A DNA stretch of 64,000 bases from an uncultured Planctomycetota bacterium (lineage in GTDB: Bacteria; Planctomycetota; Planctomycetia; Isosphaerales; Isosphaeraceae): NCBI GenBank assembly GCA_963823665.1, contig CAWGMQ010000004.1:928001-992000 (forward strand), read 5' to 3'. The notes under the pieces are model-generated. The model saw only the letters and a list, made by a program, of their open reading frames with translations, was not told the origin of the DNA and ran no database searches. The translations under genes and the position numbers were made by a program. Below, piece after piece: positions 11,259 through 21,641 of the stretch (within the stretch, counting starts at the first letter, position 1; every line of letters starts with the position of its first letter).

Positions 11259-12956
11259 TCACCCACCCGCCGCGAGATAACGCTCGATCGGCGGCCGTTT
11301 GAGATGGTCGCCGGTGGCGTGCTGGAACGCACGCGCCACCGCCAAGAGCGTCGACTCGTCGTAAAGCCGTCCGGTGAGGACGACCGATCCGGGCATGTCG
11401 CGTCCGTCGCGGTCGCGGAATCCCATCGGGAAAACCACGCTCGGATGTCCCGTCAAGTTCGTGATCGCCAGATCCTGGCCCGAGCCGACGTAGAGGTCAA
11501 CCGCGGCCATCCGCTCTTCCATCGCGTGCATCAGCTTGGTCCGCACTCGGGCAGCCCGGAGATATTCGACCGCCGGAACAAATTCCCCCTGGCGGAAGGT
11601 GTCGGGCCAGGAATTCAAGCCCTCGGTGACGTGCTTTCTCGTGATCTCATCGAAAGCGGCCGAGGCTTCGGTTCCCAGCATCAGCGTGATCGCCCGCACG
11701 GGAAGCTCGTTGGGAAGTGTGATCGGCACCAGCTCCAGCCCGAGCTTGCGCAGGATTCTCAGCTCCTCACGCTCTTCACTCGAGCGCCGGGGTTCTTCGA
11801 TGTAGCCGACCTTGAGCGTTCCCAGATCGCGCCGCGGAGGCCACTCGAACGGCTGGTCGACGGCGGCGAAGTCGTGCCCGTCGGCGCCATGGATCGCGTC
11901 GAAGACGAGCGCACAGTCCTCGACCGAGCGGGTGATCGGTCCCAGCTTGTCCATGGTCCACGCAAGCGTCATACACCCGTGCCGGCTCACGCGTCCAAAC
12001 GTCGGCCTCAGTCCGGTCGCCCCGCACGCCCTGCACGGTGAGACGATGCTCCCCAGCGTTTCGCTGCCGATCGCAAACCCGACCAGACCGGCGGCCGCGG
12101 CCGACGCAGATCCAGCCGAGCTGCCGCTCGACCCGGTTCGCGGGTCCCACGGACTGCGGGTGCGCCCGCCGAACCACATATCGCCCATGGCGAGCGCCCC
12201 CAGCGACAATTTGGCGAGCATGACCGCACCGGCTTCCTCTAGCCGCGCCGCAACCGTCGCCTTGCCGTCGATCACGCGGCCCTTGAACGGCGTCGCTCCC
12301 CACGTCGTGGGATAGCCCGGATAACTGATCAAGTCCTTGGCGCCCCAGGGTATGCCATGAAGCGCGCCGCGATAATGGCCCGCGGCGATCTCCCGATCCG
12401 CCTGTGCCGCCTGCTTGAGTGCAACGTCTTCCGTGAGCGTCACGACGCACTTGAGAAGTGGATCGAATCGTTTGAGCCGATCGAGATAAAGCTTGGTGAG
12501 CTCGGTCGAGCTCACCTGCCGGCTTCGGATGAGCGACGATAGCTCGACGACCGTGAGGAACGCCAGCTCCTCCGCAGATTCGGGCCGGCGAACCACCGGC
12601 GTCTCGACAGGAGTCGCCTGATTACGCTTGACAGCCGCCGCCGGCCGGGGCGGCGCCGGGAAAAACGTCAGGGCTGGGGCGACATCGTAACCGACATCGA
12701 CCTTGCGCAGCTCGGCAAATGAGGCGAGGCTCTGCTGCACGGACCGCGCGGTGCGCGTTCGCTCATCCTCGGTCAGCTCCAGTCCGGCGATCCACTCGGC
12801 CTGCTTGATCATGTCCTTCGTGACGGCGCCTGCCTGAGCTGCCTGAGCTGCGACCGCCCGGCGAAAAGTCAAGGTGCCGGCCCCCACAACCGCCAGCCCC
12901 TTCAGAATCGTCCGTCGAGATGGGTTTTGATGACCGTCGTCTTGATGCTTCGTCAC
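11259..12956 (-). CDS. Amidase-signature family protein with Tat signal and GatC-like N-terminal segment
   Basis: SRRTILK Tat motif; GIPWGAKD (Lys), GSSGSSAGS, IGSETLGSIVSP (Ser-cisSer-Lys triad). Confidence 0.88.
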   Translation of the reverse strand: MTKHQDDGHQNPSRRTILKGLAVVGAGTLTFRRAVAAQAAQAGAVTKDMIKQAEWIAGLELTEDERTRTARSVQQSLASFAELRKVDVGYDVAPALTFFPAPPRPAAAVKRNQATPVETPVVRRPESAEELAFLTVVELSSLIRSRQVSSTELTKLYLDRLKRFDPLLKCVVTLTEDVALKQAAQADREIAAGHYRGALHGIPWGAKDLISYPGYPTTWGATPFKGRVIDGKATVAARLEEAGAVMLAKLSLGALAMGDMWFGGRTRSPWDPRTGSSGSSAGSASAAAAGLVGFAIGSETLGSIVSPCRACGATGLRPTFGRVSRHGCMTLAWTMDKLGPITRSVEDCALVFDAIHGADGHDFAAVDQPFEWPPRRDLGTLKVGYIEEPRRSSEEREELRILRKLGLELVPITLPNELPVRAITLMLGTEASAAFDEITRKHVTEGLNSWPDTFRQGEFVPAVEYLRAARVRTKLMHAMEERMAAVDLYVGSGQDLAITNLTGHPSVVFPMGFRDRDGRDMPGSVVLTGRLYDESTLLAVARAFQHATGDHLKRPPIERYLAAGG

Positions 12957-13171
12957 GAACCTGCCCCCGTTTGATTGGTACCACGATCTCGCGCGTACCG
13001 AGCAATCGTGAACCAGATTTCAGCGGAGGACAAGCCCACACCGGTCACAATGTCGTGATCAGCGAGAAGACTCGAAGTCGCCGTTCATCTGAATCACTTT
13101 CGAGTCGCAGTGATTCGTGCGATAATCGCGTCCACGCGATTGCTAATTGCAGAGCGAGGGCCTTAGCCGTT

Positions 13172-14545
13172 ATGTCCAAGTCGAACGGAAAGTCCAAGGA
13201 CACACCGCAGAGCCTGCCGACGATTTCGACCATCTCAGTGGCGGGCTTCAAGTCGATTTCAACAGAACGGACGCTCCAGATCAGGCCGCTGACGATTCTC
13301 GCCGGCGCGAACAGTTCCGGAAAGTCGAGCATGATGCAGCCCCTGCTGCTTCTGAAACAAACATTGGAAGCGTAATACGACCCCGGTCCGCTGCTGCTCA
13401 ATGGCCCCAACGTACGTTTCACCTCGGTGAACCAGTTCTGGCCAGTTTCCGGCGACTCGACACAGTTCGTCATCACGGTCGGAGCGTCTAACGCCCACAA
13501 AATCGGTCTTGCATTCTGCCGCGAAAAGAACCAGCGGGGATTGATCATCGCGTACACGCAATACTACTTCGCTCAATCCAATTTCAAGCTCTCCCAACAG
13601 ACAACAGCTCGTCAGCTAGGCGATTTCATCCGGACAAAGCTTGAAGATGATCAAGCCGCTCCGGAGACTCACGAAAAGGGACGGCAGACGGTACAGGGCG
13701 AGATCAGAAGGTCGCGGTCCTTCCTGGAATTCGTAATTCAACAGACTGAACAACCCGCCGGAACACAGCCGTTCTGGCTTCCGGCGTTTCTCTCTCCCCG
13801 GAGCTACGATTTTGACGAGATCGTCAAACGTGTGATGGACGTCATCCACCTTCCCGGACTCCGGGGAAATCCTGAGCGTATGTATCCAGTTACCGCCGTT
13901 GGCCAGACATATCCCGGCACATTCGAGAGCTATGCTGCGAGCTTGATTGACCACTGGAGCTCCGAGTCGCCGGAAACGTTGAAGGGGCTCGGAGATGACC
14001 TCAAGACACTTGGCCTGACCTGGAAAATCGACGCGAAGCGCGTCGCTGATACCCACGTCGAATTGCACGTCGGACGCATGCCGCGTCCCAAGAAGGGCGG
14101 CGCTTCTGACCTTGTGAGCATCGCGGATGTGGGGTTCGGTGTGTCCCAGACGCTGCCGGTCGTCGTTGCGCTCCGCGCCGCCCGACCAGGCCAGCTTGTG
14201 TATGCCGAGCAGCCCGAGATTCACCTCCATCCCCGAGCACAGGTCGCGATGGCGAGACTCCTGGTCAACGCCGCCAAACGCGGAGTCCGCGTCGTTGCAG
14301 AGACGCACAGCTCGCTGATCTTGCTCGCGCTTCAGACGCTAATTGCCGAAGGCGCGATCACGCCCGATCTTGTCGGACTCAACTGGTTCGTGAGAAATGG
14401 AAAGAACGGCACCACTCGGATCGAAACCGCGGAGCTCGACTCGGCCGGCCGGTTCGGCGACTGGCCGGAAGACTTCGACGAGGTGGCGCTCAAAACCGAG
14501 ACCGCGTACCTCTCGGCCGCCGAAGCCCGCCTTGCCCGGAGTTGA
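13172..14545 (+). pseudogene. ABC/AAA_15/AAA_21-type ATPase with DUF3696-like C-terminus, interrupted by in-frame TAA at 13373-13375
   Basis: GFKS, Walker A GANSSGKS, DVGFGVSQ, Walker B YAEQPEIHLHP, ETHS, GDWPEDF; the frame is continuous across LEA*YDPGPL. Confidence 0.8.
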
Positions 14546-15078
14546 TCCGCGTGGCGAAGACGCCCTCCCGAATACTCGTCATCGACGCCTCAATCGCCGC
14601 GGCCTCGGGCGATACATCCAAGCATCCCACCGCCGCAAACTGCTGCGATTTCCTGAATGCCGTCCTCAGAATCTGCCATCGCATCGTGGTAACCCCGCCC
14701 ATTCGCGACGAGTGGAACGAACACCAATCGCAATTCGCAAGAAAGTGGCGGCTGGCAATGATGAAGCGCAGGAAAGTGGAAATCGTGCAAGTGAGTGCTC
14801 ATCATTCGATCGACGAGCAGATCGAGAGCGCAAAACTCCACGATTCCGTGACCGCCATCATCGACAAGGACCGACACCTCCTCGAGGCGGCTGCCCTCGC
14901 GACCGACAAGCGGATCGCCTCGCTGGATGACCGAGTCCGCAATCACCTGCGAGCCAATGCCGCCAAGTTGCCAAGGGTGCGGCCGATCTGCTGGATCAAT
15001 CCAAACGTCGCCGGCGAGCTTCCAATTGTTTGGCTCGAATCAGGCGCACCGGCTGAGAAGTCACGAATGCTGGGATGA
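14542..15078 (+). CDS. PIN-like domain protein (putative nuclease), coupled to the ATPase
   Basis: TTGA overlap with the ATPase stop; acidic pattern LVIDAS...IRDEW...DKDRHLLEAA...IASLD. Confidence 0.65.
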   Translation: MIRVAKTPSRILVIDASIAAASGDTSKHPTAANCCDFLNAVLRICHRIVVTPPIRDEWNEHQSQFARKWRLAMMKRRKVEIVQVSAHHSIDEQIESAKLHDSVTAIIDKDRHLLEAAALATDKRIASLDDRVRNHLRANAAKLPRVRPICWINPNVAGELPIVWLESGAPAEKSRMLG

Positions 15079-15101
15079 CATCCGCGCAATAATTGCCGTC
15101 C

Positions 15102-18100
15102 TCACTTCTCCCCCCACCACCACAACTTCGGCATCGCCTTCTTCTCCGGCCAGATCCGCTCCAGCGAATCCCCCTCATAAAGCTCGCCGTTTTTCATCAC
15201 GTAACGGATCAAGCTCGTATTATGGATATCCTTGAGCGGATCTGCCGAAAGCACCACGAGGTCGGCCAGTTTGCCCGGCTCGATGCTTCCCAGATCTTGC
15301 GCATAACCGATCGCCTCGGCCCCGTGCAGTGTGGCCGCACGCAAGACCTCGAGCGGCTGCCACCCCCCACTCGCGAGCGCCCACATCTCCCAGTGATAGC
15401 CGATACCCTGCATCTCGCCATGGCTGCCAATGCATACGTGCCCGCCGGCGCGCGCCACCTTGGCCGCCGACTCGGCAATCAAGGGAAAGACATGTTCGTC
15501 TTTGTGAAACCAGGCCGATCGCCTCACTGTTCCATCCAGGATGTCGTGCGGGATGAACCGCCGGATCTTGGGGTCATCGTGAATCGCCGTCGTCGTGAAG
15601 AAAAACGTCTCACCCCACGGCCCACCGTAGGCAACCAGCAAGGTCGGCGTGTACGAAATCCCGGTGCTCGCGAAGAGCTTGACCACGTCTCCGAACAAGG
15701 GCACCACCGGTAGCGAGTGTTCATTGCCGCTGAATCCGTCCAGGGCATGAGTCAAGTTCAGCTTGAGATCGAGCCCTCCCTCCGTGGTCGGCATGATCTC
15801 GTTTTTGTGGCAGGCCTCAATCATCCATTGCCGCTGCCGCCGGTTGCCGACCATGTACGACTTGAGCGTGTTCGTGCGGTAGTACTTCTTGTAGCGAGCG
15901 ACCACTCCTTCAACTTCTTCCGCCGACTGAAAATCGGTGTTGGAAAAGACACCCGGGCCGGTCGAGAACGCCCGCGGACCGGGCAGCTCTCCAATATCGA
16001 TCAAGTCTTGATACGCGAACATGTCGTTCGTGCCGGTCTGCGGGTCGCGGCCGGTTGTCACGCCATAGGCGAGGTTGGCGAAGAAGCTCCACGTCTGAGT
16101 GTCAAGAATCGACCGCCGCACCCGCCAGTGCGCGTGCGTATCGACAAAACCCGGGACGATCGTCATCTTTGATGCATCAACGACCTTCGCCCCATCGGGC
16201 ACCTTGGCCGAGCCCGCCGCACCGACCGATATAATGCGGTTGTCGGTCACGACGATTTCGCCTTCCGGAATGATCTCATCCGCCCGCATCGTGATGATCT
16301 TCGCACCCTTTAACACGATTGTGCCCCGCGGCCGGCTCCTCGGCCGCTCGACCACGATCGCCACCTCATCGGCTTTCGGCTTCTGCTCCTTCTTCTCGGC
16401 CGCGGCTTTCTCCTTGTCTTCATCCGCGACAGCCTCTTCGGGTTTGAGCGCATCGAAGACAACCGAGTCAAACGCCACGCGAAACACGCTCGAGCCGACG
16501 GCCCATGTGATCGTCTTACCGCCGTCAGCCCAGCCGGCGTAGTCGGCACCAATATCCGTGAGTTTCTTGAGAGGCAACGTCGCCTCATGCACCGATACCT
16601 TGGGCGCCTCGCCGCCGAATCGGGGAAGGGCCAGGAGATAAAGCTGGTTCGTGACCAACGCCAGTGCCCAGCGCCCATCTGGCCGCGCGATGATCATCTG
16701 GGCGCTGTCGGGCATGTTCGGCGAATATCCGTTCTTGCCGGTCACTGCGAGATGCGTACGACGATCGGTGCCGTCAAACCGCATCGAGACCAGCCCTCCG
16801 GGCGTGGTGAAATAAATGCGCTCCGGGTCGTCGGCGAAATGGGGCCGATTCGCGCCACGGGCCGGGCTGATCACCGTCGGGTCTCCTCCCTGCGACGGCA
16901 CCCAGACCAGGTCGAGACTTGTCACCGAGTCAAACGCACTCTCGTTCCGCTCGCGCCTGGAGTGCGCGTAGCGCCACGATTCGCTTGCCGTCCGGCGACC
17001 AGACCGGATCGCGGTAGAACGCCGGGATGCGCGTGAGCTGCTGCGGTTCGCCCGTTCCGTCAGCAGACCGCTTCCATAAGTACCCGCCTTCGGGCGCCCA
17101 GTTCACATAAACGAGCGTCTTGCCGTCCGGCGACCAGCTCGGGTGAAACTCGCGCGCTTCGCCCGAAGTGAGCTGCCGCGGCTTGCCGTCCGGCAAATCG
17201 ACCGTGTAGAGCTTCGTGAGCGCCGAGAACGCAAGCTGCTTGCCGTCGGGCGAAAGCTCCGGCTCCTGAATCAGCCGCGCCTTCACAGGTCCATCGTCGA
17301 CCCTGAGCGGAAAATTCAGCCTCGAGCCGACTGGCAGGGAAACCCGCACGGAGATCGGGATCACCGTGTCGGCACCGCTCTGCACATCCAGACGATGAAT
17401 CTTGCCGCCGTAAACGGCCAGCACGAACTTCCCGTCGGGTGTGAACGCGAATCCCGGGATCAAATCCCGCGTGAACCGCGATTCCTGCTCGTCGCGCTGC
17501 ACCGGCAGCTTGAGCCACTTCTCTTCTCCGCTTGCCAGCTCGCGAATGCGCAGACCGGTCTGATTGTCGACCCGGGTTCCGTAAACCAGCTTCGAGCCGT
17601 CCGGTGAAAGACCGGGCCGGAAGCCACTCCCCGGCGCATCCGTGACCGTATCTTCATCACCCGTCGTGCGATCGCGCCGTGCAATCTGGGAAAGTGGGAA
17701 GTCGAGGTTGTTATAAGCATTGAAGAGCTTGTTCCGCTTCGTGTAATACACGTGCTTCCCGTCGCGCGATGAAACCGGGCCGATCGCATGCACATAATCA
17801 TCCCGGTCCGGGTCAGGCTTGGTTTTTCCCTTTGTGATCGCGACCCCGGCTCCGCCGCGAACGTGATACATCCAGACCTCGAATGCACCCCATGGCAACT
17901 GCGGCTGCCGCGAGACCAGCACGTAGTCTCCATCGGGAGTCCACGACGGCGAAACAAAAAGCGACTGCTTGTCCTTGGAGAGCGGCCGCGCCCCCGAGCC
18001 GTCTTTGGCCGCAATCCACAAGTTCTCGGCGCCATCGTGGTCGCTCACGAACGCGATCCACTTGCCGTCGGGCGAATACCGCGGCGTACTGTCGTACGCT

Positions 18101-18480
18101 TGCCCGGATGTAATCGCCTTCGCATCGCCCCCTTCAATTCCCACCGCATAAAGATCGCCAAGCAGGTCGAACAGAATGGTCTTGCCGTCCGGCGAAACAT
18201 CGAGCGAGACCCAGGTGCCCTCGTCGGTCGTGAATTCGATCGTGCGGTCCGATTTCAGGGGCAGGGGCGGCGTTTTCTTCTTCGGTTCGTCTTTTTTCTC
18301 CTTGTCTTTCGGCTCTTGCTTCTCTTTCTCCTTCTCCTTTTCCTTGTCCTTCGGCTGCCCGTCCTGAACAGCCCGGGCCGGCTCGGCCCACGACGACAGG
18401 AGCGGCGAGCCCACCGCGATCACAAGAACAATGAGGAAACCCGCGCCCCGACCCGCCGCGATCAGACGTCGCCTGAACAT
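15102..18480 (-). CDS. Secreted TolB/PD40 beta-propeller + amidohydrolase fusion (frameshift at ~16960)
   Basis: Signal peptide, many SPDGK repeats, then PGFVDTHAH, GSHG, GSIEPGKLADLVVL. Confidence 0.88.
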
Positions 18481-18550
18481 GTTGGAACCCTTCTGAGTTA
18501 AACTTTCTCCCGCCCCGACCCTTGCAAGAGCGGCTCACGTGGCGGCGACA

Positions 18551-18997
18551 TCAGGGCTCAGCCTCGATGAGCTGCTTGAGCGCTTTCATCTGCTTCTCGA
18601 TCACGGTGCGCATGATCGGACCGGAGAACGCCCCGGCGAGCATCTTGAACGCAAGATTGCGGAACGTGACCTCGGAGACAAATTCAAGATGTGTGTGTTT
18701 CTTGACTTTCGTGAGGAGATAATCGACCTGGACCGACATCCCTTTGTTATAAACCCGTGCGCCGAGATGATGGGGCCGGTGGTAAGCCGTCACCTCGCCG
18801 TCATAGACGTCGACTTTCTTCCCCTCCCGGATCTTTTGCTGAAACTTGGAGCCGACAGGCTTTTTGGAGTTGTATCCCGGCTCGCGGATCGTCTCCTCGA
18901 GCCCTTCCAGCCACAGCTTGTGCTTGTTTTCGTCGTTGATGAAGTCGAAGACCTTGGTGATCGTCGCTTCGATATCAATTGCGCAAGTATTCTTCAT
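18551..18997 (-). CDS. SRPBCC (START-like) family protein
   Basis: IDIEATITKVFDFIND...W N-terminus; C-terminal helix ending LKQLIE. Confidence 0.75.
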   Translation of the reverse strand: MKNTCAIDIEATITKVFDFINDENKHKLWLEGLEETIREPGYNSKKPVGSKFQQKIREGKKVDVYDGEVTAYHRPHHLGARVYNKGMSVQVDYLLTKVKKHTHLEFVSEVTFRNLAFKMLAGAFSGPIMRTVIEKQMKALKQLIEAEP

Positions 18998-19015
18998 GTC
19001 CGAACTTCACGATCC

Positions 19016-21160
19016 TCAAGGATTCTTACGCTTGGCGGAAAAAACGCCCGCCGCGGTGCTCAGCGCCAGGACCGAGACCTTGCCGCCGGAGTCGGTGACG
19101 AAGTGGATCGACGTTCCCGACTGCTCCTTGATATTGAAGCCGTCGTCGCGGTCGGGCAAGAGCGTCGCGGGCGCCTGGCCCTGCACGTCGAGCATGAGAA
19201 CGCTGCCTTCCAGCCGCACGCTCACGGTGTTGCCGGCCAGCTCGAATTCCCCCGTGAACTTCTTGAGATACTCGGGGTCTGACAGCTTCGCGTCGGGCTT
19301 CTTCGAGAACACGATCGGCTTGATCCGAGACTCGAACGGCACCGATACGCTCTCGACATACCCCTTCAAACCCGTCACGAACTGCAATTTCATGTCCGCA
19401 AACGCCGGGTCTTTGGGGTTCTTGAGCGCATTCCAGACCTCGAAATGCCAGTGCTCGAGCTCCGCATCGATGCCGTTGAATCGGAAAGTAAGCTTGCCGT
19501 CGCGCAGCTCGACCTGTGCCTCGCCGTAGCCTGGGTGCTCATAAACGCCGGCGTATTCCTCCAGCGGATGCGACGGCGACGTTCCCGGCCGTCGCATCGC
19601 CGTTTTCTTGGTCTTCGCAACCTTGGCTGCCTGCTTGGCCGTTTGCTTCTTCTTGAGCGCCTCACCGGCCCAGTCGATCGGCGCGAGCGAGAGAATGCGG
19701 TCGGCCGCATGCCGCGAGATCATCTCGGGAAGCTGAGTTCCATTCATGTTGGAAAGCACAACGATCCCCAGGCCGTCGTGAGGAAACACGGTCGTCATTG
19801 CCGAGAACCCGTCGATTCCGCCGCCATGCACGACCCGGCGGTGGCCGCGATAGTCGTCGACACCCCATCCCAGTCCATAGCCTGCCGGACCGATCTCGGG
19901 GCGGTCCTGCGGCGTCCCGGTCGTCATGTGCGGTGTCTGGATCTCGGCCAGCACCCTCGGGCTCAATATCTGCCGCCCCGCGAATTTTCCCTTCTGCGAA
20001 TTGACGACGAGCCACCGGGCCATGTCCGTCACGCTCGCGTTGATCGATCCCGCCGGGCCCGCATTGGTGATGTCGCGAAACGGTATCTCCACGATCCGAT
20101 CATCACGATCATCGTACGGCTTGGCAAAGTCAGCCGTCTTCTGTGAATCCTTGACCGAAAAATTCGCGCCCGTCATCTCGAGCGGCTCGAAGATCCGCTT
20201 GCGCACCGCGTCTTCCCAGGGCATTCCGGTCAAGTAGTCGACCAGGTAGCCGGCCGTCATGAACATGATATTGTTATATTGAAATTTGCTGCGAATCGGC
20301 TCACTGGGCTCGAGATAAGGGAGCCGGCGAACGATCTCCTTGCGGGAGAGCGAGGCGTTGTACCAGACCAGGTCGTGCCGGGGCAGGCCCGACCGGTGCG
20401 TGACCAGGTCCCGCGCCGAGAGGAGATCGGATGCGGCCCGATCAAAGAGCTGGATCTCCGGAACATAGCTGCGAACCGGCTTGTCCCATTCGAGCTTGCC
20501 TTCGTCGACCAGTGTGCCCATCACGAAGGTGGTGAACGCCTTGGTGCACGACCCGATCGGGAAGAGCGTTTTCGCTGTCACCGGAAGCTTGCCGGCCACG
20601 TCGCGCATGCCGAAGCCTCCGGCCAGGATCACTTCGCCGTTCTTGACGATGGCAATCGCCAGTCCCGGAACCTCCCAGTCGTGGATCGCCTGGCTGACGA
20701 ATGAATCGTAACCGGCGAGCGACTGCCTGGCGAGCGCGACCGGATCAGGGCCGCGATCCAGTTGGAATTCAAACGAGTTTCCTCCCTGCGTGAACGTGCC
20801 CTTGATCCTCTTTCCCTGCTCTTCGAGCTTACCTTTGAAGACCGGGTTGCCCGGAACATCCTTGATCTCGAAACCGACATCGGCTGTCTTGGCTTCGATC
20901 TTTCCGAGCGGCAGGTCCTTGGCCCCCTGCGCGGGGATCGAGATCTGCCCCTGCCAGACCCCGTCCTTCGCGGCCGAGAAAACGACGTCGATCTCGAGCG
21001 GTTTCACCGGCGTGGCGATCTGCCCGTGCCAGTGGCCCGTGATGGTGGGATCATCCGCAGCGAGCAGTGATGACGCAGGCGAAAGGGCCAGGACGAGTGC
21101 GACCAGGGCCAATCGCGGCGCTCTGCGTCGCGATCGGGCGATCTTGCAATCACGGGTCAT
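19016..21160 (-). CDS. Serine hydrolase (beta-lactamase family) with DUF3471-like C-terminal domains
   Basis: Signal peptide; SCTK, YNN and HGG motifs; YAGVYEHPGYG. Confidence 0.88.
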   Translation of the reverse strand: MTRDCKIARSRRRAPRLALVALVLALSPASSLLAADDPTITGHWHGQIATPVKPLEIDVVFSAAKDGVWQGQISIPAQGAKDLPLGKIEAKTADVGFEIKDVPGNPVFKGKLEEQGKRIKGTFTQGGNSFEFQLDRGPDPVALARQSLAGYDSFVSQAIHDWEVPGLAIAIVKNGEVILAGGFGMRDVAGKLPVTAKTLFPIGSCTKAFTTFVMGTLVDEGKLEWDKPVRSYVPEIQLFDRAASDLLSARDLVTHRSGLPRHDLVWYNASLSRKEIVRRLPYLEPSEPIRSKFQYNNIMFMTAGYLVDYLTGMPWEDAVRKRIFEPLEMTGANFSVKDSQKTADFAKPYDDRDDRIVEIPFRDITNAGPAGSINASVTDMARWLVVNSQKGKFAGRQILSPRVLAEIQTPHMTTGTPQDRPEIGPAGYGLGWGVDDYRGHRRVVHGGGIDGFSAMTTVFPHDGLGIVVLSNMNGTQLPEMISRHAADRILSLAPIDWAGEALKKKQTAKQAAKVAKTKKTAMRRPGTSPSHPLEEYAGVYEHPGYGEAQVELRDGKLTFRFNGIDAELEHWHFEVWNALKNPKDPAFADMKLQFVTGLKGYVESVSVPFESRIKPIVFSKKPDAKLSDPEYLKKFTGEFELAGNTVSVRLEGSVLMLDVQGQAPATLLPDRDDGFNIKEQSGTSIHFVTDSGGKVSVLALSTAAGVFSAKRKNP

Positions 21161-21206
21161 CGACTGTCTCCCTGGCGGTTCCATCTCACGAATGATCGGC
21201 TGTGTC

Positions 21207-21632
21207 TCAGTCATCGCCCGATGGTGTCGTCCGCCGCGCCTGCTTGGTCTCGCCGCGGCGGCGTTTGGTCTCGAGCCTGCGCTTTCGAGACGCCTTGGTC
21301 GGCTTGGTCGCCCGGCGTGGGGTGGGTCGAACGGCCGCGCGCTCGAGCAGCTCGACGAAGCGCTCGATCGCGTCGCGGCGGTTCGACTCCTGAGTACGCC
21401 CGGCCCGGGCATGAATCGTGAGAAATCCATCGTCGCCGAAGCGTCTGCCGGCCAGGCGAATCAGCCGCGCCCGCACGTCTTCGGGCAGCGAGCCCGAGCC
21501 GCGTGCATCGAATCGGAGCCGGACGGCCGTTGAGACTTTGTTGACGTTCTGGCCGCCCGGGCCCGATGACCGTATGAAGTCGAATTCGAGCTCACGCTCG
21601 TCGATCACGATGCCACGGTTGAGTCGGATCAT
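21207..21632 (-). CDS. arfB: Alternative ribosome rescue peptidyl-tRNA hydrolase
   Basis: RSSGPGGQNVNKVSTAV; basic tail RRATKPTKASRKRRLETK. Confidence 0.95.
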   Translation of the reverse strand: MIRLNRGIVIDERELEFDFIRSSGPGGQNVNKVSTAVRLRFDARGSGSLPEDVRARLIRLAGRRFGDDGFLTIHARAGRTQESNRRDAIERFVELLERAAVRPTPRRATKPTKASRKRRLETKRRRGETKQARRTTPSGDD

Positions 21633-21641
21633 AGCGGGTTT

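Noticed and set aside
18275..18355. Purine/pyrimidine-skewed low-complexity tract
   Set aside because: It encodes a Lys/Glu-rich linker after the signal peptide
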